Shown: positions 1 to 12,980, counted from the whole stretch's first letter. The stretch: 62,363 bases of DNA, filler included, from Vannella sp. (GCA_023345925.1; 5 parts of 5 records of this genome joined end to end with filler, not necessarily neighbours in it), one strand, 5' to 3'. Notes: a model not told the origin generated them from the letters alone. Made by a program: numbers and translations.

Positions 1-422
1 CAGAGATGGAAGAGCTATCCAGCTGTTGTGCAAGGAACTTGTCAAAGTCGAAATGGTTGTCGTAGATGCGGAGGACCCAGTTGATCAATGATTGATCAAC
101 TGCCTGGCAGATTAACTTGACAGAAGAAGACCAATCCAAAGTGACTCAGATTCTGGAGTCGCGAAGAATGCTCATAAGTCGGGGGCTTGATCCTGCTTTG
201 AGTGGCTCAAAGACGATTGTGTGATTCTTCACATCAGCGTTGTCTTTGACACCATGGAGGCCATCGCGGAGGGCATCACCAAAGCGATCTTTGAAGCCCT
301 CTTCTCTCCAAAGCGACTGGATCAATGAATGGGACACCCAGAAGTTGGTAAAATAATTCTTGGAAAATTTTCAACTTTTGTTCTGGTTGGTGCGTCGCCT
401 TTCTTCATTCTTTGCTGGGAGA

Positions 423-3400
423 ATGAGCGGTGAGGCTCTGCAAACCTTTGCGGGTTGCAACCTCTTCTTCTTGGGGTTCTATAAGTCTCAGACCGAGCTA
501 AAGTCGCGAATCATTGCGGAGGGAGGCGAGATCGCTCGTCTGGTCAGCCCTTCGGTTCGTGTCGCCTCCCTTTGTGACCTTCCGCTAACGATTGCTTTAG
601 GTCACCCACTTGATCACTACGTCTTCTGAGTTGGGCTCGAGCACTTTGGAGCGAGCACAAACGTACAAAACTTACATCCTCTCGGAGGATTGGGTTCACG
701 ACTCTCTCCAACAAGGACTCCGCCTTCCAGAGAAGGATTACTACCTTGATTGCACCCAAGTAAGACCCTTTTTGCTTCCGAAATCGCCCTCCACTCACTT
801 TGACAGCCTTCTGAGGAGGAAGTGAGGAAGAAACTATCCGAAGATCTGCTTAAACCGAAGAGAAGCTCAGCTCCCTTTGGTCAGTCATCTTTGGGCCTCC
901 TTTTACACTTGTTCTGATACTGTATTAGCGTCTTCGTTCACCGCCAGCCCACTTCAGCTTCAACCCAGCGGATTGGTCTTAGACCAAGAGCCAGCTCGGA
1001 AGCCCTCGTCTTTGGCACGCCCTATTTCTTTCAACGTTGAATCCTCTCCTCCCGTGGCCTCTGTAGCTCCCGCTCAGCCGGTGCATGCTCCAAAGGTACC
1101 CAAGCCAGCAACAGGAGGACTCCCTGAGTGGGTCCCCTTTGTGACCAAGCAGAAAGCAAGGTCCACTCCTGCGTACAATGTGAACCAAAGGCAGCCAGTC
1201 CAATTCCCAGAGGATTTTGATATTTTGGGCCAAGTGACTCTTCAGCTCTCCAATCTGGGGAACAACAACAACAAGTACTACGCTTTAGAGCTTCATCATG
1301 CTGGAAACTTGAAAACTCAATCCTATCGCATCTTCTGTCACTTTGGGAGAACTTGCGATCTTGCCAGCAACCCCAAAGCTGGTCAAAAGGCGAATCGGTA
1401 CTACAACGACTTGGAAACTGCTCGACTGGCCTTCCAAAACTTGTACGACGAGAAGACCAGAAAGGGATACAATCCTCTGCAGCTGCTATCAAGCAATGTT
1501 GGCTCTGATCGTGCTCGTGACCTGCGGCAATCCTCTGGAGAGGCCGAGGACGAGGAGCAAGAAGGCCAAAGTATCTCAGCACTCCACACCGATGTACAAA
1601 AGCTTGTCAGACACTTTTATCAGGAGGCATCGTAAGACACTTTTCCGCTCTGCTTGTTCTGACCTTTTACCAGGACGCGCATTACGGCCTCTGTCAATGC
1701 CAAAATCACCTCTCGTGGTATCGAGACAGCCCTTGGAGTTTTGGCCCTCTCCCAGGTGGTAGAGGGCGAGCGTGTTCTCCAGCAAGTAAAGGAGCACTTG
1801 GAAGGAACCAGACAAACTCGTAGCCTTCAAGAACTATCAAGCGAATTCTACGTCCTCATTCCCCACCACATTGGCCGAGCTGCTGCTGCAATTAAGGACT
1901 CTGTCATTGACACCATGGCCAAGCTTGAACAGAAAGCTGAGCTCTTGCAACTGATGAAGGACATGCTGCATTTGATTGCTGTTGGCGGCGTTAGTAACGT
2001 GGTTGACCTCCAGTACAAAGCACTCAACACTGAGATTGTTCCCATCCAGAAAGGGTCTGATGTCTGGGAGCAAGCACAAGCTTTCATCTCCTCCACTCAA
2101 ACCACCCCACGGAACAGTATCAGAATCAAACGCCTTTTCGGTCTCAAGCGACCAGAAGAGAAGCTGACCAATCTGGTCTCCAACATTCAACTTCTCTTCC
2201 ACGGATCTCGCCCTTGCAACTTCGTGGGATTGCTCTCTCGTGGAATTCTCCTCCCCAAGATTGTCATCAGCCGTGGTGGCGGGCGAACCGATGCGGGACT
2301 GCTCGGCAACGGCATTTACTTTTCTGATTCCATCACTACGGCTGCCCAATATGCTTATCCGGACCAAAACGGATCCTCCTTTGTGCTAGCAAATCGTGTG
2401 GCACTTGGGAGAGTCCGAGATTACACAGAAACTCAGATCGGCCTTTCTCGCCCTCCCTTTGGATATCAAAGTGTGCACGGAGTCTCTAAAAGGAACGACA
2501 GTTCTTCTGTATTCAACGATGAGGAGTTCGTCGTGTTCGATGCTGATCAGCAAGTCCAGGAGTATCTCATCGAGTTCGAACGAGTCGAATCTTCAGAAGC
2601 TGTTGTCTCTAATGTTTCCCAACCCACTCCTCTCTCGAGATCCTTTTTTGAGGCACATCGAAGCTGTGATTACACTGAACAAATTGAAAGCCAGATCTCT
2701 GAAGCAGAGGAACCACAACCCTCAATTGATTGGGGTGAGGCTGCCGCCGAACCGGTTCGGACCCTGTTTAGCTCGAAGGCCACTTCCAAGCCATCTTCAT
2801 CCTCTACTTTCCAGAGTCCAGCATTACTTCCGGTCTCCCCGAATAACTCTGAGATCCGCTCAACAAGCGATGACATTCAACAAACTGAAGAGAGGCTCCG
2901 TAAGCTTTTTGTGGCAAACCGCCAAAATTCCGAGCTGGCAAATCCTTATGTTAATCTGATTGATGTGATGGAAGAGGTCTCGTCCTTTTCTCATCAGTCC
3001 CTTACCAATGAGGAGCAAGCATGGCCTTCTCTGCTGACCAAGTACAGCGAAAAGAAGCGCGTTGGATCCATGAGTGTTTGTGGATCCTTCGCTAAGTTCC
3101 AGCAGAACTGGGGCATTTGGACCAACAATCAGTTTGAGGGGCTTGACTGGAGCAACGTGTTTATTGCTGGTGGTGCTGTGTTGGCTTGCTTGCAGCCTGA
3201 CTTCTCCACCTCCACTTCTGCAGAACTGAGCAATCCCTTCTATTCTGCTGACATTGATATCTTCATTTATGGCCTAAGCGCTTTCCAAGCGAACCAGAAA
3301 CTCCGTCATATCTACGATGTGGTCAAGCGCAACACCAATAATGGAGGATCTGTGATCCGCACACAACACGCAGTGACTATCCTTGGCCAGTATCCCAATC

Positions 3401-4828
3401 GCCACACGCAAATCATTCTGCGCATTTACCATTCCCCGGCCGAAGTGTTGATGGGATTCGACATTGATGCCTGCTGCGTTGGTTTCAATGGGAGATCTGT
3501 TTATGCATTGCCACGGGCCCGCCGAGCACTCACAAAACAGTACAATCTACTCGATCTTTCACGTCGCAGTTTGACGTACGAAATTCGACTTCACAAGTAC
3601 AGCAAACGCGGGTTTATGGTGAAAGTTCCCGGATTTGACCGCACTCGCATCAACGAAAACCTTTTCCACCGGAAGATCGGAGAAGTCAGAGGGTTGGCAA
3701 AGCTTCTCATCTTCGAGAACATTCAAAGTACTGGGACTGTTTCGTCTAATAATCAGAGTGCCGCGCAACCTCAACCACTTGGAGAGTACACTGACAGGAA
3801 GGAGAGTGATGACAGTGACTATTCAAACGTTTACATCCCTTGGGGACCTACCTGGCTTGTATCCCAAATCGTTGCCTCGCTCAATCGTCAAGATAAGGCT
3901 CACTTTTTCGCCACCAGAAGAGGAGGAACGGGCCAACATACCCACATCTTCATCTCTGGCATTGATGGCGTGTTAAATGGGCGGACTAACGAGAACTGTT
4001 GGTGTTCTCTCTGTAAAGAGGGAAGTCCACCCCAAGCTGGATCAGAGGATCAATTTGTCGGAGGACCTTTGCGATGGGTAACAGAGAACCCAGGCCGCCA
4101 GATACTAACAGGAAGCTTCCATCCCGTTAACGATGACCAATGGTGGGCTGACGCATACCGCCGTTGGGATCCCGTTCCAGGAACATTCTTCCGCCGAATT
4201 AGCAAAGCAGTTGAGAGTCCCAAGAAGGCCATTTTTGGAGCCAACAAAGAGAAGACACCCTTGGACACACCCGAACCTCGTCGGGAAGCTGTACCTCGAA
4301 AAGAACCTGGTGCCCAGCCGATGGCACCTGCAAAAAGGGCAACTCCACCCTCAAGCCCCTCGATAAGTCAAGGCACCGGCCCCTCGATAAGTCAAGGCAC
4401 CGCAGGAATCGGAAAACTGGCGCTTCTACCCAATCCCCCTGCGTCACAGTCTTTGGCCTCTCCCATCTCCCCCACTTTCCCGCAATTCAACTTTGGACAG
4501 ACACAGGACCTTCAGGGAGTCGTCGATTCGTCTCGTTGGGGACAACCTGTGGGAGCAGAAGCTTTCCAAACTGTTCAACCACAATCTGACAGTTCCAAGC
4601 TCCTTCTTCTTGTTAGTAAGCTCTTCCGCGATGGTCTTCTTACTTCCGATGAGAAATCGAAGGTGAAAGACCTTATTATCAGACGGAATGCCACGATTGT
4701 CTCCGCTCTTGAAGTTTTCGAAATAGAACGTGACTTTGAGGAACTTGCTGACTCCTTCCGCCGTATCATCCGCTGTGAGTAACTCCTTCTTTCTCCCCGT
4801 CTTAGCTGACCCTCCTACAGTTCACTGA
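423..4828 (+). CDS. Multi-exon PARP4(vault PARP)-like ADP-ribosyltransferase: BRCT - WGR - PARP regulatory - PARP catalytic - pol-beta-superfamily nucleotidyltransferase-like domain
   Basis: ATG at 423; GT-AG introns 555-600, 760-806, ~880-928, ~1632-1673, 4775-4820. BRCT (LVSPS|VTHLI...WVHDS); WGR-like (NNNKYYALEL...HFGR...EKTRKGY); catalytic LLFHGS...GNGIYFSD...DEEFVVF with H-Y-E triad; then FIAGGAVL...DIDIFIYG...FDIDACC...RLHKYSKRGF. Confidence 0.85.
4357..4402 (+). repeat. 24-nt in-frame tandem duplication (PSISQGT x2) in the low-complexity tail of the PARP gene
   Basis: ccctcgataagtcaaggcaccg occurs twice, 24 nt apart. Confidence 0.8.
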
Positions 4829-5230
4829 GCCGCTTCTGAAAGCAAGATAAAGCCTTCCTTGTTCAAAACTGTGAAATTAAATCAGGTGCAGACAACTTTG
4901 GTGAATAAGATACGAACACTCTTTGGGTCTGATAGGGCGGCAGATAACGACCAAGACCACCCATTCACCTGCCACGATACCATGTGAAGAGGCTAACGAA
5001 TGGGAAGGTGATTCTCGCTCCCTCCGTGCCTTCAGCACAAAAATGTCAAGATGCTCTCGAGAGACGCATTCTCTTCTTGGTCATCTTTGGGTAGGACGAG
5101 ATTGCAGCAGGAACTGTCAAAGTGAAGAATTTTCCCAGACGAGAAAGTGTTATATTCCAAGGAAGGAACGGACGCATTGAGCACTGCCAGGAGAGACAAG
5201 TAGATTAGGCCGCCAAAACTCTTTCAAGAA

Positions 5231-5836
5231 TTAACTTAACGAGCAGGGACTTCTTTGCCTGGGAAGCAGGGACTTCTTTGCCTGAGAAATAGGAACGGTG
5301 TTGGGACAATCGAGACGGTCATAAATCTCGGCGGCCACAAGGGCGAAAGCGTCGTCGACGTTGGTGGATTTTTTGGCTGAAGTCTCCAGGAAAGGGATGC
5401 CGAGTCCATCCGCGAACTCCTTTGCGGTGTTGTAGTCAACGACCTTATTTGTGGCCAAATCGCATTTGTTTCCAACCAGCAATATGTTCACATTCTCTCT
5501 GGCATATCGATCGACATATTGCAGCCAATTTTTCACGTTATTGAAAGAAGCCTGATCGGTAACATCGTAAACAATGATGATTCCGTGGGCAATACGGAAG
5601 CTAGAACCCAGCTTGGTGTGTGATATGGCACCCACAAATCTCGCCGCAGTGTCCCAAACTTGAAGCTTAACGCGCTTGCCTCCCATCTCCATGACTTTAA
5701 TTTTATAGTCAAGCCCGTGCTCGATGTAGCTCTCTGTGTGGGCATCACGCGCAAATCGGAGAAGCAAGCTAGACTTGCCAACACCACTGTCACCGATGAG
5801 TAGGAGCTTGAAAAGATGATCGTATCCGGGGTCCAT
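5231..5836 (-). CDS. Divergent intronless Rab1-like small GTPase with degenerate switch I/II
   Basis: [31 protein letters not shown] intact; G2 region YIEHGLDYK and G3 region WDTAARF are altered; ends CSLS. Confidence 0.8.
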   Translation of the reverse strand: MDPGYDHLFKLLLIGDSGVGKSSLLLRFARDAHTESYIEHGLDYKIKVMEMGGKRVKLQVWDTAARFVGAISHTKLGSSFRIAHGIIIVYDVTDQASFNNVKNWLQYVDRYARENVNILLVGNKCDLATNKVVDYNTAKEFADGLGIPFLETSAKKSTNVDDAFALVAAEIYDRLDCPNTVPISQAKKSLLPRQRSPCSLS

Positions 5837-6575
5837 GTTGGACAACAGGGTAATGCTACCGAGAAAGCCGAGGAGAAAAAATGACCGGCACGCCAAACTT
5901 TCGTATGGAAATTTGTTCCCGGTTCGCCGAATCGGCCTGACGCCTTGGGAGGTAATGCTGATATATTCAGACGAAATGAGCACATTTGATTGTTTATTTT
6001 CGTTTATGCGAGAAACGTGACTGAACACCAATCAGAATCGCTCTCTCCCAAATCAGTCTTGCTTCCCCTTCTACCTGACTTCCTTCTTTATTATAAACCT
6101 CCTTCTTCGTCTCGTTCTTCCTCCAGCACGCTTAGCACAACCACGGTAAACACAGTTCCACAGTTTTCTTATTGTCGTGACTGTGTGATTCGCTGATCAA
6201 CACCAGAGGACAGAAGCAGATAAATCAGGAATTGTTTAGAAAGCTGGATGACGCTCGTGATTTGGGTACACAATGGGGAAGTGACCTTTGTCCTTGATGA
6301 ACTCACATGAAAGGGTGTCTTGGACCCACAGAACCTGATCATTTGCGTTCCACATCCAGAGATGATTAGATTGACCAAAAAGGAGCTGAGGCTACGATTG
6401 GCCGTCTCCTTTTTGCCAACGCATCCATTAATACATTCAAGTCACTCCTTCCTTTCTTTCTTCTTCTCCAAAACCAAGTCTTCGCTAGGTTATGCCGAAC
6501 TTGCCAAACCCTCTGACAGTTAACTGGACCGCTTTTGAAAGCAATAAAGCGTTTACTTGTTCAAATTGGCTGCAG

Positions 6576-9500
6576 TTAAGCATCCAGTTGAATGGATTTG
6601 AAGAGGGAAGCCAAATTCGAATAAGAGGAGCTCTGCAAAAGGTCAAATTGAGGGTGCAACTCACTGGCCAGGGACTCTTCAGTGTCTAAGTCTTCCTCGT
6701 CGTTGGCAGGAATCTCTGCCATCTCAACGTCAGCAGTAGAGGCTCCAGGTGCTTCCAGAAGCAGCTCATCTTTGGTGGATGGAGTGAGAAGAGATCCCAT
6801 AAAGGAGGCGAAGAGAATATTGACTGCTGGAATGAGGTGAGAGGGAGCATCCAACAAGGTCAGCTTGGAACTCAATCTCGAAGTGTTGTTCGTTGAGCTT
6901 GCAAACTCTTCAGAGAGCTTTGTGGCTTCTTTCAGCTCCCCGTAGATCTCCGAGAAGATTGATTTGCGGGGAGCAGAGCTTCCCTTTGCAGTAACCGAGC
7001 GTTCTTGACAGGCCTGTACGAAAGGGGGCTCGGCAATGATAACAACACTTGTCCGATGCAAATAAGCCACACCTGGCAGAGAGTTGTTCGATCGGAAACG
7101 AGAATTGTTGACTTGCAAGAACACCAAAGGCGAACGCGGCTCCCGCTCCAAGTAAGTCACCGCCAACGGCATCAAGTTCCGCACATCAAAGGTTAAAAGA
7201 TAAGACTTGCCCTGGGGAAGCTCTGTGCGTTTGAATTAGCTTTCTGTGAGCGGGAAGGGAAAGGGAATGCCTACCAAATGCCTCTGTAATTCGCTTCTTG
7301 GAAGGAGGTTGCGATCCATCAGTGGAGAGATTAATGGCTTCTTCCACTGATCTGAGCTTAAGAGGCGCAAGCTTTTGGCGTTTGCTCTTGAAATCCCGCT
7401 TATCACCACGTTTTACCGATTCTTTGTACTTTTCGAGTACTTGTTGAAGTTCTGGTCGGTCTCCAGACTGTTTAGAGGCTGGAGAGAAGACGGACGGACA
7501 GAAAGGAATCTGTTTCATGAGGACGGAGAATCGAGGGAGAATTGGATCCGCAACCAAAGAGTAAACTGTTGTCAGCTCTGTCATCCACTCAATGGATAGC
7601 TTCAACAAGTTCCAAACGCACAAATGGGACTTGTTGGCAGTGACAATGAATGGCGTGTGCTTGATAAACTGAATCAGCGTCAAGTCAAAGTCGGTTGCTG
7701 GAAAGACCAAAGTCCTCTTCAAAACCACACTTTTCGGGTCCCAAAGTGTTAAGATAGAGCCGTAGGTAACGGCCAAGATGCTTCCATCCCCAGAGAACTT
7801 TGCAGCTGCAACAGGACGGTTACGATAGTATCCCACGGAGCGGCAACGCCAAGATACATTGGCTCGGTTGCTTCCATCCTTCTCCAAAGCAAAGGACTCC
7901 CACATCATGAACTTTCCCTCAGTTCCAGCTGTTACCACAACATTTGTGACGGGGCAGATGTCGAGCGACGTGATCTTCTCATGAGGTGGACTGACTTGTG
8001 TGACCAATTCGTAGTTCTGCTGAGTCTCTGAGAAGTGCCAGAACTTCAGCGTCGAGATAAACTCAAAGCGATCAGGAGTTAACGGTCGCACGTCCACAGT
8101 GACCAGCCACTCCCCATTCACAGTAAAACTGATATGAGACACAGTCGCTACCAAAGGGTTGATGACATTCAAGAGGTTCCTGGCCACCACAAGCGTCCTC
8201 CCATGACTGAAATGACTCCTCGTTAGTCCACTGCACCAATTCAACAGACAGCAAGGCTACTTACCGGTCAGAGATGGGATTATAGAACTGTAACACACCA
8301 GGAGAGCCTTCTGTCACAATGTACCCATCTCTGGGATCGACCACAGCCGGGGCGTGGACATCAGAGTGCAAAGAATCATCGCATTCTATCCCAAGTCAAC
8401 AAGTCACTCCCTCCAAACCCTCAAAGAAGCTCACCGCGGACAAGAGAAGTGATCGTCTTGTGAATCGTTGACGAAATGGCGTTCAAGAGGACGATACAGT
8501 TGCCCGCTGTTGCAGCAGCGTAGAACTTTGCGTTGGGAGAGATTGCCACCTTAATGATAGTCGATCCTAAGGCGGGAATGTACTGTCTTCGTCCAGTGTA
8601 GAGCTGCCAGATGACTAAGACGGCTTCCTTGCCACCACTGATCATGTAGGTGGCGTCTTCTGTGAATTGGATCGAAGTACAGCGCTGGGAGTGCCAATGG
8701 TACGTCTCTTTGAGGTGATTGGAGGTTTCTCCTAACGTGGAGTAACGCCAGAAGTGTATCTGGCCCTCCCCCAGCCCCACAGCAAGGATATCCTCCGTAG
8801 GATGATGCGTGGCGGTCGAGATCTCCTCTGAAGGCTCAAATCTAAGGATGAGGAGCGTCATTAGTCAACAGTAGAACCCTAAACACTTGATAGATCCTTA
8901 CGTTGGGCCATCAGAGCGATACTGGAAGGAGATGGACCCGATCCGGTCTTGGAACACGAAGAAGAGGAACTTCTTCGTGACAACGAGCTTCTTAAAGTGG
9001 CTGGCGCCACTCTGCTGGCGACCTAGGAATCCTAGTTCAACAAAGATGTTGATACCACCAGGAGAGACTCGAAGGAAAGCAGGATGAGCGCGAGCTGTTG
9101 CTTTGAATCGAGCAATCTTCTCCTTCAGCTTGCTTTCACTCCATTTGTGGGCTTTGAGGTACTCTTTACCATCAGGACCAAACACTCCTGTACCAAGAAG
9201 GCTGGAAAGAGCTTCCTGGTCACTGACGGAGTCCTTGGGCGCTTCGTGCTCTCGACCAAGTGCTGAAAGAGACTCTTCTGCAGAGATAGAGCGAGGACTC
9301 AGGCCTGCATACATCTCAGCAAAGCGTACATTCCCCTTCTTCTTTGCTACAGCAAAGTAAAGAAGCCCTTCCTCAACCACGGAAGGTGCAGCCCCAAGAA
9401 GAGAGTTTGGCCCTCGAACTTGCCAAAGTTCCTTGCCCTCCTCGTAGTCCCAGAGGACGATGAGTCCATCGGTTGATACAGTATAAAGCTATTTGTCCCT

Positions 9501-9859
9501 GTTTGATGAGACAAGCGCGGGGGATCGAGGAGGACAGAGCTTACCTGAAGAGCGTTGAAAGGATTGAAGAAGAGAGCTATGATCTGTGCACGGTGTGCTT
9601 GGAGCTTCATTACAGTGTCTCCAGTAACCGTGCTGAACAGCTTAACATCGTTATCACACGCAGTGATCAAGTATCTAACCCCCAATCATCAACAAACAGC
9701 TCCTCACCAAGAATCCAGCCTGATCAACCATATTCAAGCCTGATCCTGCCACCAAACCTACTTTGAATCGTGACTGAACAGAGGATCAAGTGATACGATG
9801 TCCCCGCCAGCAGTGTGCGTCAACAGGAGGGCCGGCGCATCGACACGAGGCGCCTTCAT
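6576..9859 (-). CDS. WDR75: WD-repeat protein 75 / Utp17 (t-UTP, SSU processome), multi-exon
   Basis: Exon ORFs 9347-9685, 8898-9380, 8421-8861, 7186-8244, 6576-7184; motifs VKLFSTVTG, YHWHS...YMISGGKEAVLVIWQL, EWLVTVD...LKFW, FSGDGSILAV, APSHLIP. Confidence 0.85.
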
Positions 9860-9982
9860 TAGCCCAACAAACACTAATTCCCAATCCCCTTTAAATTAAC
9901 TCATTTTTGCGTCAAATTAATCACAAAAATATGCTTTAATTAATGAAAACACCCGGATGATTACTCTTTTGTTGCTCTTCGG

Positions 9983-11373
9983 ATGTTGGCTGTGAGAACC
10001 CTCCGAGTGACTCGATTGAAGGTGAGCGAGGTGGTAGAGAGAGGAGGGGACTTACGAATAGACAGTTGGTGGTGCCTTCTGTTGCCTCAGTGCGCTTTGG
10101 GTCTTCTCAGGCGCAGAAGACGCCTTTGTACGACATTCACTGCGGTTTGGGAGCTAAAATGGGCGAGTTTTGTGGCTGGGAGATGCCATTCTCTTATCCA
10201 GGACTCTCTGTAACTGAGTCACACTTCCATACTCGCGAGAAGGCCTCGCTTTTTGATGTGTCGCACATGCTCCGTCTCCAGTACGCCTTCCCGCTTGATT
10301 CGGCACTCTATTGACCTGAACTAGTGTGGAGGGACGCGATGCTGATGAGTTCTTGGAGAGAGTGTTCGTAGCAGACCTGGAGAAGATGCCAGTTGGCTCA
10401 GGAGCGTACACTCTCTTGATGAACGAGACCGGCGGTATCAAGGACGATGCGATTCTGGCTCGTTGCGAGGGCAGGTTCTATCTTGTCCTCAACGCTGCTT
10501 GTGAAGAGAAGGATTTGGCTCATTTGGAGGAGCAACGGAGCAAGTTCGTGGGCTCCTCAGGCAAAGACGTGCGCCTTATCAAGCGGACGGGGGCGCTTGT
10601 CGCCCTGCAAGGCCCTCAAGCCGAAGCAGCTCTCATGAGTATCGCTGAGAACCCAGAAGTGATCCAAAGCATGGAGTTCATGGCCACTCGGCCCAATGTC
10701 CTGATTGCGGGGTCCTCTTGCCGAGTCACTCGTTGTGGATACACGGGAGAGGATGGCTTTGAGGTAATCTCGATATTCTCGTCATCTTCAGGGCCCTCAC
10801 ATCCCTGGATAGATCGAGATCCTCGACAACATCGAGAAGGTGGTGAAGGCGATGTTGGACGACAGCCGAGTGGAGCCAGCAGGCTTGATTGCTCGCGATA
10901 CCCTTCGTCTAGAGGCAGGATTGGCCCTGTATGGTAATGATTTGATGGAGGAGCGATCCCCAATCGAAGCGTCCTTGAACTGGACGATCTCCAAGCTTCG
11001 ACGAGAGAAGGCCGACTTCCTTGGAGCGGAAAGGGTGAACCACGAGCTCAAGGATGGAGTGGCAGAGCGTCGAGTTGGCCTTTTGGCCCCTCCTGGTCGC
11101 CTTCTCCGTGCTGGCATGGCCGTGCTTGATGGAGAAAAGCAAATCGGTATGTTGAGAGGGCAGTGGGGGGTTGATCTCATGCTTTATTCTGCAGGAGTCA
11201 CTTGCAGTGGAGGTTACAGCCCTTGCTTGAAGCGCCCTGTGGCTATGGCGTACTTGGAGAAGAAATATTGCAAGCTGGGGACTGAGGTCAGTGTCCAAGC
11301 CGGCAAAGGCTCTGTGTCCGTTGTTGTGTCGAAGATGCCTTTTGTTCCAACGAACTATAAGGCTAAGGAGTGA
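9983..11373 (+). CDS. AMT: Aminomethyltransferase (glycine cleavage system T protein), mitochondrial, multi-exon
   Basis: [63 protein letters not shown]; Arg-rich N-terminal presequence. Confidence 0.95.
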
Positions 11374-11828
11374 TCGCTATTGCTAGTCTCGTGCATCTGT
11401 TGTCATCAACAATAAACTGTCACTGCTCGCTTGTGAGTCAAGAAAAAAGAATAGCAGGTGTAGCGGTCAGAAGAGTTGTCTCAACATTGAAGTTCAGGTT
11501 TTCAAAGACATTGTTTTACTTTGTTCTTCATCACACAGCCGGGTGCACTCACCTCCTTGGACGGCAAGAAAAAAATGACAAAGCATTTCGATTGGATCAG
11601 TCACACCAAATAAAATAGTCCTTCAAGGGGCAAGAATTCGCCATCCAGGTCATTCAATAACGCCATCTGCGAGAGCACACAAAAGCGATCTGACGAAAAT
11701 TTTCGTCCAAATGGATGCTCACCCGGCAGCGTACTTTCAGAGAGGCAGTCCAACAGAGGGATGCGAGGGAAATGACTCATGCGCAGGAAAACGGCTAAAA
11801 CGCCCGATTTAGTTGATTGGTGGTGGAA

Positions 11829-12980
11829 TCACATCTTCTTCTTCTTCTTGGCTGGTGAATCATCCCTTTTGAGCGGTCTCTTCCCCATTGGGCTTAATGC
11901 GAGAGTTTCCGCAACGGCCAGGCGGAAGTCGGACATCAAAACATAGTCCTCACTTTGAGGAGGAAGGATCCGGATTCGGATCCGGAATTTTCCTGCCTGA
12001 GGGAACTTGGGGAGTTCCACTGGAACGCTCTTATCACCGGATTTAGCGGTAGCTTCGCCTGTTCCAATGATCTCATCCGAGTCGTTGAGACATTCCCAGC
12101 GAACAATGTATCCATCAGGAAATAGGATAAGGGGCTCCTCTTTGCGGCCCTTTTGGCCTGTTTTCTCTCGAATGAAACAGTTGTACTGCACTAGTTCATT
12201 GACTTTCGCTCCAAGACTCCAGACAGTCCTCCCTCTTGGACGAGAGAGAGTAATCTGGCACTCACTCGGCATTTCGAACTCGTTTGCCGGCAAGTTACTT
12301 TCTGTGAGAGGACAAGGACCCGTTTGTGGTTGCTCCAAGTTTTGTTGGTTGCGAGACAGCCAAGTTTTGAATCCCGAAGAAATGTCCTCGTTTCCAAGTA
12401 CCAGGAAGAGGTTGGCATTACTTTTCACGAAGTTACAGCAAGGCAGGGGTTTGTTGTAGTTTGACATAAAGAGAAGGATCTTTTTGCCGAGGGGCATGCC
12501 CGGGGGAATGAAGGGAAGGATAGGTCCCCCTTGATGATCCTTCAAGACCCTCTCTCCTCTCACGTAGCAATCGACCACGGTCTGCTCATCCCCGGGCACA
12601 TCAAGTACGATGATGCACGCCTTTACGGTGACAGAGCCTTGATCAGTGAAGCTGATGAACAAGGGGTAGACGCTTGTTGCGTGATTGATTTGACTGAACC
12701 TTGGGTCTGGATGGCAATAGTCAGCAATGAAAGGCTTGAAGGCGCGGGATGCCTGCAGAAAGCCCCGAACTCGCTCTCTCTCCTCATCTGGGAAGTCATA
12801 CTCGGAACACTTGTCAAAGAGGGAAGCGAAAATGTGGCGCAAAGAGTAGCCCTCCGGCTTCTCCTTCTCTTTCTGGCAAATTGGGTCATTCTTGTAGATG
12901 AACTCTACAAAAGCGCGAAGCGTCTCCGTGGATTGTTGCAGAATGACCGTCTCATCCGGTTGGACCTCTGTGTTGGGCAT
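11829..12980 (-). CDS. Intronless hypothetical protein (~383 aa) with C-terminal basic NLS-like tail
   Basis: Open frame 11829-13046; ATG at 12980 is preceded by the TCATT motif seen at other genes; ends KRPLKRDDSPAKKKKKM; no family recognised. Confidence 0.6.
   Translation of the reverse strand: MPNTEVQPDETVILQQSTETLRAFVEFIYKNDPICQKEKEKPEGYSLRHIFASLFDKCSEYDFPDEERERVRGFLQASRAFKPFIADYCHPDPRFSQINHATSVYPLFISFTDQGSVTVKACIIVLDVPGDEQTVVDCYVRGERVLKDHQGGPILPFIPPGMPLGKKILLFMSNYNKPLPCCNFVKSNANLFLVLGNEDISSGFKTWLSRNQQNLEQPQTGPCPLTESNLPANEFEMPSECQITLSRPRGRTVWSLGAKVNELVQYNCFIREKTGQKGRKEEPLILFPDGYIVRWECLNDSDEIIGTGEATAKSGDKSVPVELPKFPQAGKFRIRIRILPPQSEDYVLMSDFRLAVAETLALSPMGKRPLKRDDSPAKKKKKM

Noticed and set aside
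1..337. Minus-strand frame with a single in-frame TGA at 146-148 that stays open to the window edge (possible selenocysteine or readthrough)
   Set aside because: No recognisable protein family or redox motif, no visible SECIS, truncated by the window; TGA is a normal stop in other genes here
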